NCBI GenBank assembly: GCA_963760795.1
Contig: CAVXEP010000003.1
Span: 128,001-192,000, forward strand
DNA length: 64,000 nucleotides
From: an uncultured delta proteobacterium
Lineage (GTDB): Bacteria > Desulfobacterota > Binatia > UBA9968
Direction of reading: 5' to 3'
A model generated the notes under the pieces. It was not told where the DNA came from and did not search any database. It was given only the letters and a program-made list of their open reading frames with translations. Numbering within the stretch: position 1 is the stretch's first letter; each line of letters begins with the position of its first letter. Position numbers and translations under genes: made by a program. Shown here in pieces: positions 22,004 to 31,621 of this stretch.

Positions 22004-22700
22004 TCAGCGGGTATAGAGTTCAAGGTGATATTGCATCGCCTTCAATTGCCTCAATAGCAAAGGACGCTTAGAGCGGAACATCTCCAGCTTTTGCCCAGTT
22101 GAACACTGTTCCAGACTAGTCAGAATCTCGCTTAGCCGCTCGGCCCTAATCAGCTTGGCTCCTTCCAAAAGTTCTTTCAGATCCATCGGCTCCTGTGCGG
22201 CGTCTTCACCCTGCTTCTCTAGTCGGACGATTGCATCGCTCACAGCCTGAGAAAATTTATCCAAAACCTCGGCAAAGGCTTCGGAGTCAATGCCGATCTG
22301 CGACCTAGTCAGCTCAGGGTCTTGCAGGATTTGCCGTTTTTGCGCAAAGGCCTCGTTCACTTTTTGAATCAGAGTGGAAGCTATGATTGGCTTGAAAAGA
22401 TATTTCGACCCTTGGTCCCGCGAGTCGGTGGTTAGCGCTCTCGGGCTGCAACGACGTGCATACCAGGATCGGGATGTCATTCCATTCATCGCGCTCCTTG
22501 ATTCTGCGCACCAGTTCTACCCCATCGGAGTTGGGCATGACGATATCGGTGATGACAAGGTCAATCTCCGGGTGAGACTCCAGACATGTCAATGCCTGTT
22601 TCCCGTCATGCGCAGTGATCGTGTCGTAACCGTGTTTGTCGAGTGTGTGCTCCAATACTGTAGCACTAATCGGATTATCTTCCACAATAAGTACGTTCAT
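22004..22700 (-). CDS. Response regulator: REC plus degenerate Hpt-like C-terminal domain, frameshifted
   Basis: MNVLIVEDN...DLVITDIVMPNSDG...KP, then helical IGIDSEAFAEVLDKF...LKELLEGAKLIRAERL. Confidence 0.8.
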
Positions 22701-22873
22701 GGTGAATTTCTCCCTGATCTCTGTTGACAGGTATTGCCGATCAAAGTTTGTACCGAAACTTCTCTGAGTCTCCGCCGTTCGTAACTGCACGCCGTTGGGC
22801 CAAAATATAAAATTTGTTCCCGGCCGCGGATAGGTTTTGGATACTTGATCGCCACTACGGAAATTCTAAGGCA

Positions 22874-22888
22874 GCAACACACGTGCCA
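22874..22888 (-). promoter_or_regulatory. Sigma54 (-24/-12) promoter upstream of the response regulator
   Basis: Minus strand TGGCACGTGTGTTGC matches TGGCAC-N5-TTGC exactly; IHF-like TATCAA-N4-TT just upstream. Confidence 0.8.
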
Positions 22889-23045
22889 AAGGAAAACGTT
22901 GATATTCAGTGCATTACAAGGCTCGCCGGCATCAGCGCCGTACGAAAATGCGCTTTGAACGACAAACTTGTCAGCCCATTCGCAGCATAAATCTCGATCG
23001 AGTTGTTTAAGCGCCTCGCTCGCTGCAAGCGCTTGATTGGTAGGT

Positions 23046-24026
23046 TCAGCTCATCGCCTTGGCGAAGCCGCGAATCGTCTCTTCACGGCTGCCGCCCGGC
23101 GGACTGTAGGGAATGATGGCGATTTGCTGGACGCCGGTTTTTTTGATGCGCTCGATCTGCGCTTTGCATTGGGCCACCGTGCCGGCGATGGCGAACTTGT
23201 CGACCAGCCAGTCGGGAATCACTTCGGCGTGGTTCGCCTGCTGATCCATGTGATGGTAGTAGTCGTAGGTTTTGCGGATCTCTTGCAAAACTTTCTGCTC
23301 GTTGGGATCGAGCACATAGGGCAGCGGATGGGCGACCACGCGGGCGACATGGGCTTTGACCGCGTCTTTGGCATTCGCGGTTTCGGAGACTGCGCAAGGC
23401 ACCCAGAGAACTAAATTAATATCTGCCAGCTTCCGTCCCGCCGCTTCGGCGCCGGCGGCGATTTTTTCCTTGGCGTGGGCGATGTAATCGTCGGCGACGC
23501 CGACCAGCACAATGATACCGTCGGCGATGCGGCCGGAGAGCTCGAGCATCTTCGGGCCGCTGGCGGCGATGTAGATGGGCACGCGCGTCTTGGTCGGATG
23601 CAGCAAGTGGATCTTGCCCGTCGGCAATTGCGCCTCTTTGCCGTCGAGGATCTGGCGCATTTGCTCGAGAGATTTTTCGAAGTTCGCCAGCGTCGACGGC
23701 TTCATGCCCATGGTTTCCACCGAGCTGTCGCCCAGTCCGATGCCGACAATCATTCGCCCCGGCGCATACTCTTCCAAGGTCGCGTAGCCGCTGGCCGACA
23801 CCGAGGGATGGCGCGTCAACGGATTAGTCACGCCGGTGGCCAACTTCACTTTGGTGGTGTTGAGCACCATCGCCGCCATGTTGATGTAGGCTTCGCGCCA
23901 AATAAGATGCGAATCGCCGACCCAAATATGGCTGAAGCCGACCTCTTCGCTCACCTTGGCCAGATGAATCATTTTCTGCAACGGCTCGGTGGGAAAAAGC
24001 CCAACGCCGAATTCGAATTGACTCAC
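23046..24026 (-). CDS. LLM-class (luciferase-like, Mer-type) flavin/F420-dependent oxidoreductase
   Basis: WVGDSH, GVTNPLTRHPSV, GIGLGDS, PIYIAASGPKMLELSGRIADG. Confidence 0.9.
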   Translation of the reverse strand: MSQFEFGVGLFPTEPLQKMIHLAKVSEEVGFSHIWVGDSHLIWREAYINMAAMVLNTTKVKLATGVTNPLTRHPSVSASGYATLEEYAPGRMIVGIGLGDSSVETMGMKPSTLANFEKSLEQMRQILDGKEAQLPTGKIHLLHPTKTRVPIYIAASGPKMLELSGRIADGIIVLVGVADDYIAHAKEKIAAGAEAAGRKLADINLVLWVPCAVSETANAKDAVKAHVARVVAHPLPYVLDPNEQKVLQEIRKTYDYYHHMDQQANHAEVIPDWLVDKFAIAGTVAQCKAQIERIKKTGVQQIAIIPYSPPGGSREETIRGFAKAMS

Positions 24027-24039
24027 GATCGACTCTCCT

Positions 24040-25212
24040 TTAACAACACGGCTCGCTGGCGGCCCGCTCCGGCGGCGGCGTTTGCTGGCTGCGTCCGGCG
24101 ACCTGAACGACGCCGTCGATGATGACGTAGGAAATCCCCGGCAAATCGCCTTTGGCGAAGGAGTCGAGCGCATCCTTCGAGACCGAACCGGTGATCTTGT
24201 GCAGCAGGACGATATCAGCGGGCCGCCCCTCTTCGAGAATGCCGAGATTCAAGTCATGAGCGCGGCCGACATTGCCGGTGGCCATGCAGATGGTTTTTTC
24301 CGGCGGAATTTCACCGACCGAAGAGATGAACGCGATCTCGCGCAGAATACCGCGCGGCACGACGCCGGTACCGCCGGGAGTGTCCGTGCCGATCAGCACC
24401 CGGTCGTAACGGCCGTTGGCTTTGACCGCGCGCGCGAGACTCAACGCCAGCCGGTAATTTCCCGATGTACAAATTTCCATGAAGCATTCGGTTTCGTTGG
24501 CGATACGCAGCATGTCCGCTTCAGGCATGGGGATCGGCCCGCCGGTGATATGGCCGATGATGTCCGGTTTGATCTTCTGCACCATGTCGAAGCCGGCCAC
24601 CTGGCTCACGCCGGAACGCGACACGCCGCCGGAATGAATCTTGACTTTGATGCCGCGGGCGTGCGCCCAGTCGACGTAGCGGTTGGCTTCGCCGTTGGGC
24701 AACAGGCTGTAGTCGTAGAAAATGAATTTGACTAGCTTGATGCCGAGGGCTTGAATCTCGTCGAAATCTTTTTCCGTCAAACCCGGCACTAAGAGCAATG
24801 TGCCGGCATGAACTTTCACCCCCGACGGCCGCAGGTTGTCGTAGCACTTCTTGGTGACGATGGCGACCGACAGCGCCGTGCGCGCATCAGGCGGCAGCGG
24901 CAGCCCCGGCAGATGCAATTCGCCGGCGGAGATTAACGCGGTCACGCCGCCATGCATGTAGTTGGTGATCCAGCCGAGTGAATTCTGCGCCGGCGTGTAC
25001 TCACCGATGGATGGATGCGAATGCGAATCGATCAAGCCGGGAATTGCCGTGATGCCGTTGGCGTCGATGGTTTGGTCGGCGGCTTGATTCAAACCGTTGC
25101 CGATGGTTTGAACGAGACCGTCTTTAATGAAGATCGAGTCCGCCTGCCTAAGCGGACTTTCTAATTTGCCCGTGACCAACGTGCCGATGTTTTTAATCAG
25201 GATCGAAGCCAT
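24040..25212 (-). CDS. Amidohydrolase, enamidase-like
   Basis: PGLIDSHSHP, ISAGELHLPG, KIHSGG, GHITGGP, GTDTPGGTGV metal-site motifs. Confidence 0.85.
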   Translation of the reverse strand: MASILIKNIGTLVTGKLESPLRQADSIFIKDGLVQTIGNGLNQAADQTIDANGITAIPGLIDSHSHPSIGEYTPAQNSLGWITNYMHGGVTALISAGELHLPGLPLPPDARTALSVAIVTKKCYDNLRPSGVKVHAGTLLLVPGLTEKDFDEIQALGIKLVKFIFYDYSLLPNGEANRYVDWAHARGIKVKIHSGGVSRSGVSQVAGFDMVQKIKPDIIGHITGGPIPMPEADMLRIANETECFMEICTSGNYRLALSLARAVKANGRYDRVLIGTDTPGGTGVVPRGILREIAFISSVGEIPPEKTICMATGNVGRAHDLNLGILEEGRPADIVLLHKITGSVSKDALDSFAKGDLPGISYVIIDGVVQVAGRSQQTPPPERAASEPCC

Positions 25213-25232
25213 AGTTCACCACTTGGCGGGGC

Positions 25233-25260
25233 ACTATATCAAAGTGTCTTTTGGTGTAAA
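25233..25260 (-). promoter_or_regulatory. Sigma70-type promoter of the amidohydrolase-LLM operon
   Basis: TTTACA-N16-TATAGT with TG just upstream of the -10. Confidence 0.45.
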
Positions 25261-25315
25261 CCCGGTTGAGAATTTCGTAGACGCGCTGAAGCCGTTCGGA
25301 ATAGGATTACCGACT

Positions 25316-26762
25316 TTAGGTCCCAAAGACTTCGCGCAGGATGTCCCTGATCGCGTCGGCGGAGGTCTCATCCAATCTCGCGGCACCGGAGAGCGGCACC
25401 GTTTTGACAATCTGGCGCTGCCAACTCACCGCCCCATTTTCGATGCGCACCAATTGCATCTCCACCACCGTCCGCAGCGGCGAACGGCCGTCGGTATGCC
25501 AACGGCGGATCTCCCACAGCCACAACCAACCAGAGAGGTTGGCCGTGCGCGCATTGGCCGCGGCGCTCACACGCATCGAAAGGAAACGACTGCAAGCGGA
25601 CATCGCGCTCTTCCGGCAATGACACGGTAATTTGTCGGTGCTGGAGTTCGCGCTGCAAGGAACCACGAAGCAAGTCCATCACTGTGGGCCGGGACTCCGG
25701 CGACAGCTTGCCGGCCATCTCACCCAAAGAGCGCAACGGATTCGTGCCGGGCAAACGCAAGTCCGAACCTGTGCCATTGCGCACCGAAGCGAGCCATACC
25801 GGCCCCTGGCCCAATGTCGATGGATCAAGCGGCGCTTCAGGCCGCTGGGCGCCACAACCGGCGCACAGAGTAAGAACGAATACGATTAGCCCAGCGACCC
25901 CGCCGCCACGGCGCAAGATGGATTGCACAGCATAGACGGCGAAAATCACCACGCAGCCAAACGCCACATCGGTCGGTCCCAGCGGCAGGTCCAGGCGCAC
26001 GGATAGATAGAACCCTAGGACCGCGATGAAAATACCGATCAACGACGAGAGCGACAGAAACGAACTCATGCCGCGCGCCAAAGTGCGCGCCGCCAGTGGC
26101 GGCAGAACCATGAAACCGAAAACCAAGAGCGGCCCAGCCATGATGACGCCAATGGCAATGCTGAAGCCGCACAGAACGTACAACCAAAAACTCCACTGCG
26201 CGCTGCCGCCGGTGAGCAAGAAAGACAGATCGCGGTCGAAAGAGTTGAGTAAAAATTCCCGGCGAAACAAAACCAGACCGACATAAACCACGCCGTAAAC
26301 GATCGCCAGCAGTTTCAATTCTTCCTTGGATAGGGAAATCACTTCGCCCTTGAGCAAATTGAGGATTTCCAGCTCACCGGCCGGGTTAAAGACAATGAAC
26401 AAAATCGTCAATGCCGACGCCAGGGCGTAAGCCGCCGCGAGCCGGCCTTCCGGCGATCCGGTCGCGTGGCGATCAAGATAGGCAAGCAGTCCCATGCCGG
26501 CCAACGTGAACAACAGTGAACCGGCCATCGCCAATAGCCGTTCGCCGCCACTGCCGTGAGTGAAACCGGTGGCATGATAAATCCAAAACGTAAACGCCAC
26601 GCCGCAGGCGGCGATTTGCGGCAGCGTCAAGCCGAGGAAAACCCGCCGGCGCAGCATCAAGTGCGCACCGACCAGCGGGCAAACCAACGCGAGGATGGCA
26701 CTGCCCAGCAAAGCCGGGAAAAGCAAGAATGACGGACTGAAAATTTCCCAAAAACTCACCAT
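25316..26762 (-). CDS. Zn/Mn ABC permease (ZnuB/MntB-like) with fused C-terminal lipoprotein-like domain, frameshifted near 25560
   Basis: LMLRRRVFLGLTLPQIAACG, FRREFLLNSFDRD, GPLLVFGFMVLP, DLPLGP, then about 190 further residues starting LTLCAGC. Confidence 0.85.
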
Positions 26763-27461
26763 GGATGTTGTGCCACCGCTCCTTCCTCCCACGCCACTCT
26801 GCCACCGTCGACGCGCAGGACTTTGCTCGGCGACGCTCCGCACCATGCGTAGATCATGACTCGAAAAGAAAACGGCAATGTCTCTCATCGCGATTCAATT
26901 TGACCAGCAGATCGCTGATCGCTTTTTGCGACTCCGGATCGACGCCCGCCAACGGCTCATCCAGAAAGAGAATCTTGGGGCCGACCATCAGAGCGCGGGC
27001 GATCAGCATGCGCTGTCTCTGGCCACCCGACAGCGAAAAAAACGAGCGTCTTGCAAGATGGCTAAACCAACCTGTTCAAGCACATCGTCCAGTCGCTGTT
27101 TTTCTCGTCGCCGGTAGACCTCTGATACGGCTTTAGCCGGCCATAGCCGCCCATCGCCACCACTTCGCGCGCGGTGATCGGAAACGTCGAGTCCAGTGCC
27201 GAGCTCTGCGGCACGTAGCCGAACTCGCTGAGCGCGCAGTTGCGCACCAGCAAACCGCTGATCACGGGCAAGAAAACCCAGAATCGTCCGGAAGATTGTC
27301 GTCTTGCCGGAACCGTTGGGCCCGGCCATCGCGATAAGATCACCGGCACGAATATCGAGGTCGACGTCTTTCAAGAACCGGCGACATCCGTCGTATCCGA
27401 GGTCGTTGCTCGTGAAGACGAAACCAAGGGGAGACGCTAGCTCATCGAAGCTCTCCCGCAT
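26756..27461 (-). CDS. Zn/Mn ABC transporter ATP-binding protein, multiple frameshifts; 3' end approximate
   Basis: [33 protein letters not shown] and DEP motifs across frames. Confidence 0.85.
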
Positions 27462-27502
27462 CGGTTATGAGCGCTATCGATCATTGCATCGGAATCGATG
27501 TC

Positions 27503-28433
27503 TTAACTCTTTTTGAGCGCGGCGAGCAAACTCCTGACGTTGTAGTCGATGAATTTGATGTAGGTGTCGGTCTCCGCCGTCGCGCCGGCGATGCTTCTGC
27601 AATCGCACCACAGCGGCACCGGTCTGGCCTGCCAGCTGGCGTCGGATAGCGATCGCTTTGGGCACCGTAGATGATCACCTGCACCTTTTCCTGCTGCATA
27701 TGTTGGACCAGACCAACCAAGTGATTGGGCGTCGGTTCGATGCCCGGCTTGAGCTCGATGCTACCGATCTGCTGAAGCCCGAACCGATTGGCGAAGTAGG
27801 TCCAATCCTGATGGTAGGCCACAATCTTGACCCCTTAAGCGGCGCTGCCATGCTCTGCCAACGGACGATCGCTTTGTCCAACTCCGTCAGATAAGCCGTT
27901 CAGATTCTTGTCGAACGTCGCCTTATGCTGGGGAAAATTTCGCGCCAAGCCGTCGGCGATGTTACGCGCCATAATTCTGCCGTTTACCGGGTCGAGATTG
28001 TAGTGCGGATTGCCCTTGGATGGACATCTCCTTCCGAGCGGTCAAAGGTTCTTGGAACCTCCAGCTACATTGATGCCGTTTGAGCAATCGATATGGCCAG
28101 GCTGACCGGGCATGGATCTTGGAATTGTTCGCCACTTCCAGCAACGCCGGCAGCCATGATATTTCCAGATCCAATCCCATCGCTACGAGCATATCGGCTC
28201 GATTAAGCTTGGGCACGAAACTCGGCTTCACCGGCACCGCATGCATGAATTCCACGCCTCTGGTGAGGCTCTCCACGTCCACCAACTCTTTGCCGATCTG
28301 TTTCGTAATATCCGCCAGATCGGGGATCGTCGTGATCACGCGAATTTGCTGCGCTTCGGCTAAGCCAACCCAGCCGACCGAAACAAGCAGTAAAATTAGA
28401 TAGGCGAGAAAACGTCTTCGTAATCATTTGCAT
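27503..28433 (-). CDS. Zn/Mn ABC substrate-binding protein (ZnuA/TroA family), multiple frameshifts
   Basis: VITTIPDLADITKQIG, GNPHYNLDP, AYHQDWTYF, ELKPGIEPTPNHL. Confidence 0.88.
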
Positions 28434-28463
28434 CGATGCTTCTCCTTTAAGATAGAGCAACTG

Positions 28464-29716
28464 TTAGCGGGTACGGAATCCATGCGTATGGCTGCCCAAC
28501 ACAGTCGTCCATTGCAGAAAAAATTGGTGACCGCGCTCCGCTTTGTCTTCGCGCACCTTGTCGTCCAGGTAGCTGTATTGGAAGCGCAGCCGGTTAAATT
28601 CGCTCAGGGTCCAGGTCAAGAAACGGCGAGTAGCTGTGAGTCTTCTTACCTGGGCTCGCCAAGTTCGGCGCGTTGTCGTACAGGAATCCTGCGGACCACT
28701 CGCGGTTGAGCTTCATCTCGGCGTAGGCATAGCCGCCCGGGGCGAACATCCGGCGAAAGCCGGATTCACGCTCGACACGCTCGCTGTTGCCGAAAAATTC
28801 GGCGCCAACCGTCACGCCTTGATGCAGGGTGCTGTCGAGCGGTTGGTAGCGATAGGTCAAGTCTAAGCCACTGAGTGTCCGGCTACCGCCATGGGGATCA
28901 GACGGGATGCGAATCGAAGGCGTATAGGCCAAGCTCGTTCCCAGTTCGATGCTGTGATTATCGCTCAAATCGAAATAAGTATTGAGCCGCCCGAGATAGG
29001 TAAACCGGCTCCAGGCGCGTGACTTAGTATCGTCCAAGCGTTCGTTTTCCGCGCCGAGCTTATTGTAACCGCCAACGGTGCCGCGCAAGAAAAACGGCGT
29101 CGGGAAAAGATAACTCAACTCCGCGCCATCGGCTTTGGACTCGCCGCCGACGATGCGCTCCAAAGACAAAGGCGTATTTACAAAGGCATATTCATGGGGA
29201 TGAAACTTGGCCAAGCGGCCAAAGTCGGCGAAAAACCGCCCGCCGCGGGCTTGTAAATTCCACGGCAATGAGGTCGTCACCATCGCCGCCTCCTCGACCT
29301 CGACGCCTTCGCCGCTGCCGTTAAAAAACGCGTAGCCGCGCGCATAGGGATCGATGGAGGCCGCAATGCCGATCTCCGCCGAGCGGAAATTAAACGTCCC
29401 GCCGGCTTTGCTGCGTTGCTCGGCGGTGGCGTCGATGGCCATGCCGATGGCTGGATTAAGCGCCGACGGCGCGCTCTGTACCGCTCTGACTGACTTCTCG
29501 ACTTGATCCACCCGCGTGGCCGTCGTGCCCTTCTCTTGCTCCAACTGGTCGATTCGCTGCAGCGCCTTTTGCAGTTGCTGTTCCATGCCCTTGACCAGCG
29601 ACCGTAACGATTCGAGCTCGGTATTTTGCGCCAAGCCCGCGCTCTGAAATGAATAATAAAACGGTAAATACGGCGGACGCCACCAGTGATGGTGTCCGCA
29701 AAGCGGATGAAACCAT
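28464..29716 (-). CDS. Outer-membrane beta-barrel (metal-regulated porin-like) with N-terminal coiled coil, frameshifted
   Basis: LNPAIG...SAEIGIAASIDPY, EVEEA, FGRLAKFHPHEYAFV, C-terminal LQWTTVLGSHTHGF. Confidence 0.8.
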
Positions 29717-29746
29717 GATGAGCCTCCCTCACGAGACAACAAAATC

Positions 29747-29776
29747 CCCTCCGCTCGGGCAAACCCGTACGGAGGG
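29747..29776 (-). terminator. Attenuator/terminator-like hairpin between the leader ORF and the porin gene
   Basis: CCCTCCG..CGGG-TTTG-CCCG..CGGAGGG followed by GATTTTGTT on the minus strand. Confidence 0.5.
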
Positions 29777-29804
29777 AAAACCAATATCGCTGTAGTTTGA
29801 TGAA

Positions 29805-30103
29805 CTAGACTGAGAGTGAGAGAGGCGGTCCGCGGACAAACGGACATCGTGGCGCAGTGAAATTCCACTCGCGCATCTGCGGTTCAAGCACAACCGCAAT
29901 TTGCGGCGATGGCACAACGGTCTGGAGAATCGTCAGGCAAAACCATCTGCGCGCGCGCGCCTTGCAGACAACTGCACTGGCTGCTGAGTTGCGACGCAAG
30001 GGAGAAATGAAAATGCAGCGGGAAAAAGAAAATAAACAGCACCGCCGCCGCGCATGCGAAACGGCTGAACGGTCGTTGCTGTTCGAATTCCTAGTACCCG
30101 CAT
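29805..30103 (-). CDS. DUF2946-like leader peptide (TM, HxH, CxC, C-terminal RGPP); needs two frame corrections
   Basis: Joined frames read MRVL..FSRFACAAAVLFIFFFPLHFHFSLASQLSSQCSCLQG...PFVRGPPLSLSV*. Confidence 0.7.
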
Positions 30104-30110
30104 GGGAGCA

Positions 30111-30139
30111 AACCTAATCAAAGGCGCTCACCTTGTCAA
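30111..30139 (-). promoter_or_regulatory. Sigma70 promoter of the metal-uptake operon, probably leaderless
   Basis: TTGACA-N17-TAGGTT, with the -10 ending 7 nt before the ATG at 30103. Confidence 0.65.
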
Positions 30140-30464
30140 TCAAAACGCTCGCAAACACGGGACAGTCCATCTAACGGAATCGAACGAGAGTCACCGGCAC
30201 CAACACCGGTTCGTTACAGTCCGCTGCCATTTTCACGGCCACTAGATTCAGACCATCCGATAATGCGCTGCTGACCATGCCGCATGGGTCAAATCGCACC
30301 TCGGCACCTGGCGCCGGACTAGTGCCCGGAGCTTCCCTGAATCCCAGCCATTCGCCGTATCGGCTGCTAGCCACGAACGGAGCCGAGACAGACAGCCGAA
30401 ACAGCCGCTAACAGGCCGGCTTTCCAGCTAGATAACCCGTTAGTGAGTTTTTCTAGTGGAACCG

Positions 30465-30493
30465 GTAAACCGATCCGCGGCTTGCGCCGTCTA
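30465..30493 (+). promoter_or_regulatory. ECF-type promoter heading the ECF operon
   Basis: GTAAAC-N17-CGTCTA (AAC/CGT ECF consensus) about 40 nt upstream of the AGGAGG-preceded ATG. Confidence 0.65.
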
Positions 30494-30535
30494 ACCGCTA
30501 CACGAACGCAAAAACTAGCCTAGGAGGCATTCGAT

Positions 30536-30933
30536 ATGAATAACTAAATCGATCATGGGTACGCGGATTGTTCGTGGCGACTTTGGCGCTGGCAGGCTCG
30601 CCGCTAATTGCCGCGGAATCCAAGATCACCCCGGTGGAGAAAGCCGAGTTGAGACAGGACCGCAAGGAAATTCGCGGCGACCGCCATGAGATCAAAGCCG
30701 ACCGCCGAGAGTTGCGCAAGGACCGCAAAGAACTGCGCTCTGACCGCCGAGAGTTACGCCGCGATCTCAAGAACGGCGCTAGCAAAGAAGAAATCGCCCA
30801 AGACCGCACAGAGATCGCCCAGGGCAAGGCAGAGATTAAAGGCGACAGGAAGGAATTGAAACAGGACCGCGTAGAACGGCGCCAGGATCGCAAAGAGCTG
30901 CGAAGCGATCGCCGCGACGCCGTAAAGAACTAA
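30536..30933 (+). CDS. Exported heptad-repeat protein ([LI][RK]xDR[RK]E), frameshifted in the signal peptide
   Basis: AGGAGG RBS; signal-like LFVATLALAGSPLIAA; repeats LRQDRKE IRGDRHE IKADRRE LRKDRKE LRSDRRE. Confidence 0.75.
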
Positions 30934-30946
30934 CCGGGAGTCGACC

Positions 30947-31613
30947 ATGGCATTCCTTCAAGCGGCGGACAGAACTTGAATTCTTCCGCCGCCCCCTCCA
31001 CACTGATGCGAGCGCGCGTGAATCGACGAAAGGCAGGACCAGCCAATTGGCGAACTCTGGGGATGAGGAGTTGGTGGCGTTGGCCCAACGGGGCGACCGC
31101 CGGGCGTTCGAAGAACTGATCGAGCGCCACAAACAGAAGGCCTATAATATCGCTTTGGCTTCGCCCGCGATCGCGAGGAGGCCAAGGATCTGTCGCAAGA
31201 GGCGTTCTTGAAAGCGTTTACTTACTTGAAAAACTTTGACGGCCGTTCGAGTTTCTACACTTGGTTTTATCGCATCGTCGTCAACGTCTGTCTCGACTAC
31301 AAGCGGCGCGCCAAGCGCATCTCCGCCGGCGAGTTTGACGAGACCATCGAGAGTCAAATGGAACCGTCGCATAATCCGGCCCAGCCGCTGGCGCCGGAAC
31401 AACATGTGCTGGCCGAGACAGCTTTCGCGTAAAGTCGACGCCGCCCTGCAAAAGCTGCCGGCGAAACAGCGCATGGCATTTATTTTGAAAAACAATCAAG
31501 GACTATCGATTAGAGAAATCGCCGCGACCATGGAAACCGCCGAGGGCACAGTGAAAGTGCATTTGCACCGCGCGGTCACCACGCTGCGGCAAAGCTTGGC
31601 GGAATTGGTCTAG
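30947..31613 (+). CDS. ECF RNA polymerase sigma factor, frameshifted; start approximate
   Basis: DEELVALAQRGDRRAFEELI, DLSQEAFLKAF, FDGRSSFYTWFYRIVVN; region 4 GLSIREIA...EGTVKVHLHRA. Confidence 0.92.
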
Positions 31614-31621
31614 GAGGAATT

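Noticed and set aside
30171-30460. ncRNA or Zur/Fur box in the divergent intergenic region
   Set aside because: I could not find a convincing AT-rich palindrome or a recognisable RNA family by eye.
30640-30925. 21-bp periodic repeats as a possible CRISPR array or VNTR
   Set aside because: There are no unique spacers; variation is synonymous or conservative and the repeats encode in-frame heptads.
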